A stretch of 62,906 bases of DNA, counting the filler, from Globobulimina sp. (taxonomy: Eukaryota): the NCBI GenBank assembly GCA_003354225.1. It is 17 parts of 17 records of this genome, joined end to end, with 100 filler letters (N's around TTAATTAATTAA, not from the genome) between each part and the next. Parts side by side here need not be neighbours in the genome. Positions count along the whole stretch, not along the records: positions 59,304 to 62,906 come from PIVH01002422.1; 16 more parts are not named here. One strand, given 5' to 3'. This document shows, piece after piece, positions 59,444 through 62,906 of this stretch (positions within the stretch are counted from its first letter, which is position 1; each line of letters opens with the position of its first letter). The translations under genes were made by a program, and so were the position numbers. Under the pieces are notes generated by a model, which did not search any database, was not told the origin of the DNA, and worked only from the letters and a program-made list of their open reading frames with translations.

Positions 59444-61159
59444 TTAAAATGTCCCAGAAAACGTACAGTTTGAAAAGGAACAATTTGAAAATGAACTTGC
59501 AAATTGACTTTGTTGTTTATTCGGACTTCTTTTATTATTGTTATCCATAATAAAATCTGCATCTTTTACTGCTTGAAAACTAACAATGTTTCCAATTCCA
59601 TCATCATCACTAAATCCAATGGCATTATTTAACATATTTGCATCTTTTCTTTTGTTTCTAATCGAATTATCATAATATCCCTCTGCTAAATACCCCGCCC
59701 TCACAATACTGCGACGCAGATGTACGCCGTATAGAATGTCCCGCATATAGCCACCATTTGGGGATTCCCAACCAATTTGCGATAGTCTTTGGATAGTCAT
59801 AAAACCAATTCACTCCAAGCGGCTGTCCATGAAATTCATAATAACCACTAAATTTATTCTTCTTTCGTCTCCAAAATAATCTCGATCCATACGAATGGCT
59901 TCGGTTTGCCCAAAAACGCTTTGTTTTTTTCTTGTAATCCACGATGCGATCAACTGAGACCTTATGGGTCACCATAAAATTTACATATTTCTTCGTCTTC
60001 GCCTTCCAATGATGAATATGTGCAATCTGTCGCGAATCGAACTGTTTTGTCTTTTCTATGTATATATTTATCAAAAAAACAAAGTCCGAATATATAAATA
60101 TGTACAAACTTAACTTGTCTCAAATATATCAACTTTAATTTCCTCGCATTTTCTATGATAAATTGACGTATAATCAATCCCTCGAAAGCAGCCACATAAT
60201 CCCATCGTTAATGCGATCTTTTCATTCTTATATTGACTCTCATCCGCATCCAATAAAAAACGTTTAATGTCATCTGCATTAAATACTGGCCGCTTAATAA
60301 TAATATGTCCCTCCATATATCTCTTGAGCCATGCTTTTGCTTTGTACCATTTATTTGTATCGATACCATGATAAACCAATAAAATGCTCTTAATTCCACT
60401 AAAATATGTATACATTGACGTTGCCGCAGCTCCCTTTTCTTTCATAACCTCGAACCACATCATAATGGTCTCCTCATTCATAGATAAGTTCCATTTATTG
60501 ATCCAATTTTGATATTTGCTAAAATGTTTATTGTATTTTGCCTTTGATAGTTTCGGCAATAAATCCAAATTTGACTGTTCTTTCAATCGATTTAATTCTT
60601 CTTCGCCATATTTACTTTGATCTGCTTCGTTTACTTCGTTTGGTGGTTGGTTTGGTGGCACTTTTGGCGGTTCAATGGATGCATTGAATGATGGTTGATT
60701 TGCGTTGATTTGCTTTGATGTTTTTGTTCGTTTTGATTTGGATTTTCTTGATTTGGAGTGCTTTGATTTGGATTTGTTTGATTTGGATTTGTTTGATTTT
60801 GATTGATTTGATTTGGATTGCTTTGATTTGATTGTTTTTGATCTCCTTTTTATTTCTTTTGATCTTTTTTTGATTTGTTTTGATTTGTTATTGATAGTTT
60901 TGATTTGTTTGGATCTGTTATTTCTTTGTTTACATTTTTTGTTGATCGTTTTTGATCGTTTATGTCCAATATCTGACTGTTTTGTAATAATATCGACATC
61001 CATTGTGAATATATTATGCCAATTCAGTTTATATTGATTTGAATGAATTGTCTGATCAACCGGCCGTATGATGGCATTTTGCAGAAGCGGTTGATTTGTG
61101 ATTGATGCCATACCATTCATTGATGGACTTGGTGTGGCACCAAAACACAACGAAGTCAT
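59444..61159 (-). mobile_element. Crypton-like tyrosine recombinase gene with an intron (60056-60114) and a frameshift/deletion near 59690
   Basis: LLPKLSKAKY; ATSMYTYFSGIKS; KIALTMGLCGCFR (catalytic R); KAKT; QPLGVN; YAGHSIRRTSA (HxxR); AEGYYDNS (catalytic Y). Confidence 0.88.
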
Positions 61160-61455
61160 GTTGACCTAAATCGGAGTGTAAATGTGAAAGTGTGTAAGTT
61201 TGTTTATGTTTACTTAGGTTTTTTGAGTCTGAAAGATGACATCAACCGACATGCTAAGAAACGTTATAAATCGATTAATTGACATAGAATGGACAAATTA
61301 ATTAAATGGACAAACTTATTATACATGGAATGGACAAACAAATTCAATGCGACAAATCAAAAACGAAATCAACAAACCACAATAAATAAGCAATATTTTA
61401 CAAATATACAAAAAATAAGCATTACTTTATTAATTAATACAAGTTAATAAATTAT

Positions 61456-62004
61456 TTAATTACAATTAAATGTCTTTACGACATGGATACTAATCTCTTT
61501 TTTTTTATTTAAATCATCAAATTTCTTCTTTAATTCATCATAAGCCACACCTTTATATTCTAATAATAATTTATATCTTTTACGCGCAGCATCAACACCT
61601 TTCGCTCTCATCATTGCCTTATCCATGAATGCTGCAAAAATATCATTAAAATCATCCATAGTCACATTCGTCGACGCTGCAATATCACGCCAATCTTTTT
61701 TAATTACAACCAATTCTTCATTGGCATCTGCTAATTCATCCTTTACATCATATAAATGCTGATCCAACACCGCAATCTCTAATACTTGGTCATCAATCTG
61801 CAACTGCGCAGTCTCCAATTCTTCTTTTAATTCACCAATATAATCATGCAAATCTTGATTTTTTCTCTGCAATATAGCCATCGGACTATGTCTTGCTTGT
61901 TTCACCTCATTCTCTACACCATGCGCAGGAGCATAACCTAATGGCACCGCTGTTAATATCGCTAATGGAACCGCGGCATCTTTCTCTTTTTTTACTTTTG
62001 CCAT
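61456..62004 (-). CDS. 182-aa coiled-coil protein upstream of, and co-oriented with, the recombinase
   Basis: ATG-started intronless ORF with heptads (LQRKNQDLHDYIGELKEELETAQLQI). Confidence 0.6.
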   Translation of the reverse strand: MAKVKKEKDAAVPLAILTAVPLGYAPAHGVENEVKQARHSPMAILQRKNQDLHDYIGELKEELETAQLQIDDQVLEIAVLDQHLYDVKDELADANEELVVIKKDWRDIAASTNVTMDDFNDIFAAFMDKAMMRAKGVDAARKRYKLLLEYKGVAYDELKKKFDDLNKKKEISIHVVKTFNCN

Positions 62005-62368
62005 ATTTAAGGGAGTTTATTTAATGGGAGTTTGTTTAGGGAGGGTTTTTAAGAAGATTAGTGAGTGTTTATTTGTAGTTTACTAAACTTTTCATCTGAA
62101 AACATGACACTACAACAAACATAAATGCAATCACAAATAAATCAATGCAAACACAAAATCAAATCAATGCAAACACAAAATCAAATCACAATTCATCCCA
62201 TGAAACCAATCAATAACTATGAAATTATAAATATGTACAACAATATTTATAATTTCAAAAATATCACACGAATATTATTTTCGTATTATTATATGTCCGA
62301 TGGATTCACTGTAGGGTTTTTTTTTGGGTAAAATATTGTAACCATATTCAGTTGGTATCTTGACTGGT

Positions 62369-62464
62369 AACGTGTTTCCAGAAACAAAGTTTTTCACGTC
62401 GAGGGGGCGCCAAGTGTGGGGGGGGAGCCCCCAAGGCCAAAAACTGTGTTTTCGGAAACACGTT
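62369..62464. repeat. Imperfect 25-bp inverted repeat enclosing a G/C-rich stem
   Basis: aacgtgtttccagaaacaaagtttt ... aaaactgtgttttcggaaacacgtt (3 mismatches), with inner gggggc...gccccc. Confidence 0.8.
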
Positions 62465-62730
62465 TATTGCCAAGAAAAAGTAAACAAATTGGATACATAT
62501 TTTTATTCCAAAAAATGACCAGACAGTGAATTTGGTATCATCAAAATAATAGAAACTAATATATGTTTTCGGATTTTTGATTGAGTTTATGGGAAAAAAT
62601 GGAAATACAAACATTACATCTATGAATTCTCTCTATAATAATCCATCCATCCAACGAGACACAAACGATCGAGGACATTAAGCTCAAAGCCAAAGTTTTT
62701 TTCTCTTCGCAGCATCAAAAACAATGGATC

Positions 62731-62906
62731 GAGAAGCCGCCGCATTATGCTATTTATTATGGATTTATGGTGGCGAAGCCGCATTATGCTATTTATTATG
62801 GACTTATGGCGGCGAAGCCGCCTCATTCTATTCATTATGGTATTTATGGCGGCGAAGCCGCGGCATCGTGTTGATTATGGTATTTATGGCGGCGAAGCCG
62901 CCGCAT
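62731..62906. repeat. About 40-bp tandem array, each unit carrying a GGCGGC-GAA-GCCGCC hairpin
   Basis: GCGAAGC cores at 62773, 62812, 62852 and 62892, and a degenerate one at 62731; runs off the end of the window. Confidence 0.92.

Noticed and set aside
62731-62906. CRISPR array
   Set aside because: The variable segments are only about 10-13 bp and two are identical, the context is eukaryotic, and no cas genes are present. It is a hairpin tandem repeat.
1-62906. Operon or gene cluster spanning contigs (e.g. P450 + methyltransferase, or the two kinesin halves as one gene)
   Set aside because: Contigs are concatenated by length, so adjacency is artificial. The two kinesins overlap in the motor region with different sequences, so they are separate genes.

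Overview
This window is not one locus. It is 17 unrelated contigs of about 3.6 kb, sorted by decreasing length (3609 to 3603 bp) and joined by artificial 100-bp spacers (N44-TTAATTAATTAA-N44), so neighbourhood across spacers has no meaning. Most contigs are AT-rich, gene-dense eukaryotic DNA with short (about 55-75 nt) GT-AG introns and very short divergent intergenic regions. The gene-family content suggests a protist, possibly foraminiferan/rhizarian (inference only). Recognisable genes: TruA/PUS1 pseudouridine synthase, a TPR protein, an alpha/beta-hydrolase-like protein, two kinesins, an AzgA/NCS2 permease, Mkt1, a cytochrome P450, a SAM methyltransferase, a CX5R phosphatase, a multi-TM TKL kinase, Sec24, a C-type-lectin protein and SPRY-like proteins. 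Highlights: (1) an intron-containing Crypton-like tyrosine recombinase element with a downstream palindrome, an upstream long inverted repeat and a 40-bp-period array of GCGAAGC hairpins (59304-62906); (2) three paralogs sharing an unannotated core, which in one copy leads into an ADP-ribosyltransferase-like domain, each with a different N-terminal module (PUB, PX-PH, PDZ-SAM); (3) a contig with a 119-bp terminal overlap whose ORF reads across the junction (3490-bp circle or collapsed tandem array); (4) an animal-looking contig with a SETD8-like gene, a truncated LINE with a target-site duplication (TSD), two MITE-like elements and a Helitron-like repeat; (5) a bacterial ABC substrate-binding fragment fused to eukaryotic DNA, and an intron-bearing bacterial-type sorbosone dehydrogenase-like gene. 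All family calls come from motifs read by eye; no database searches were run.
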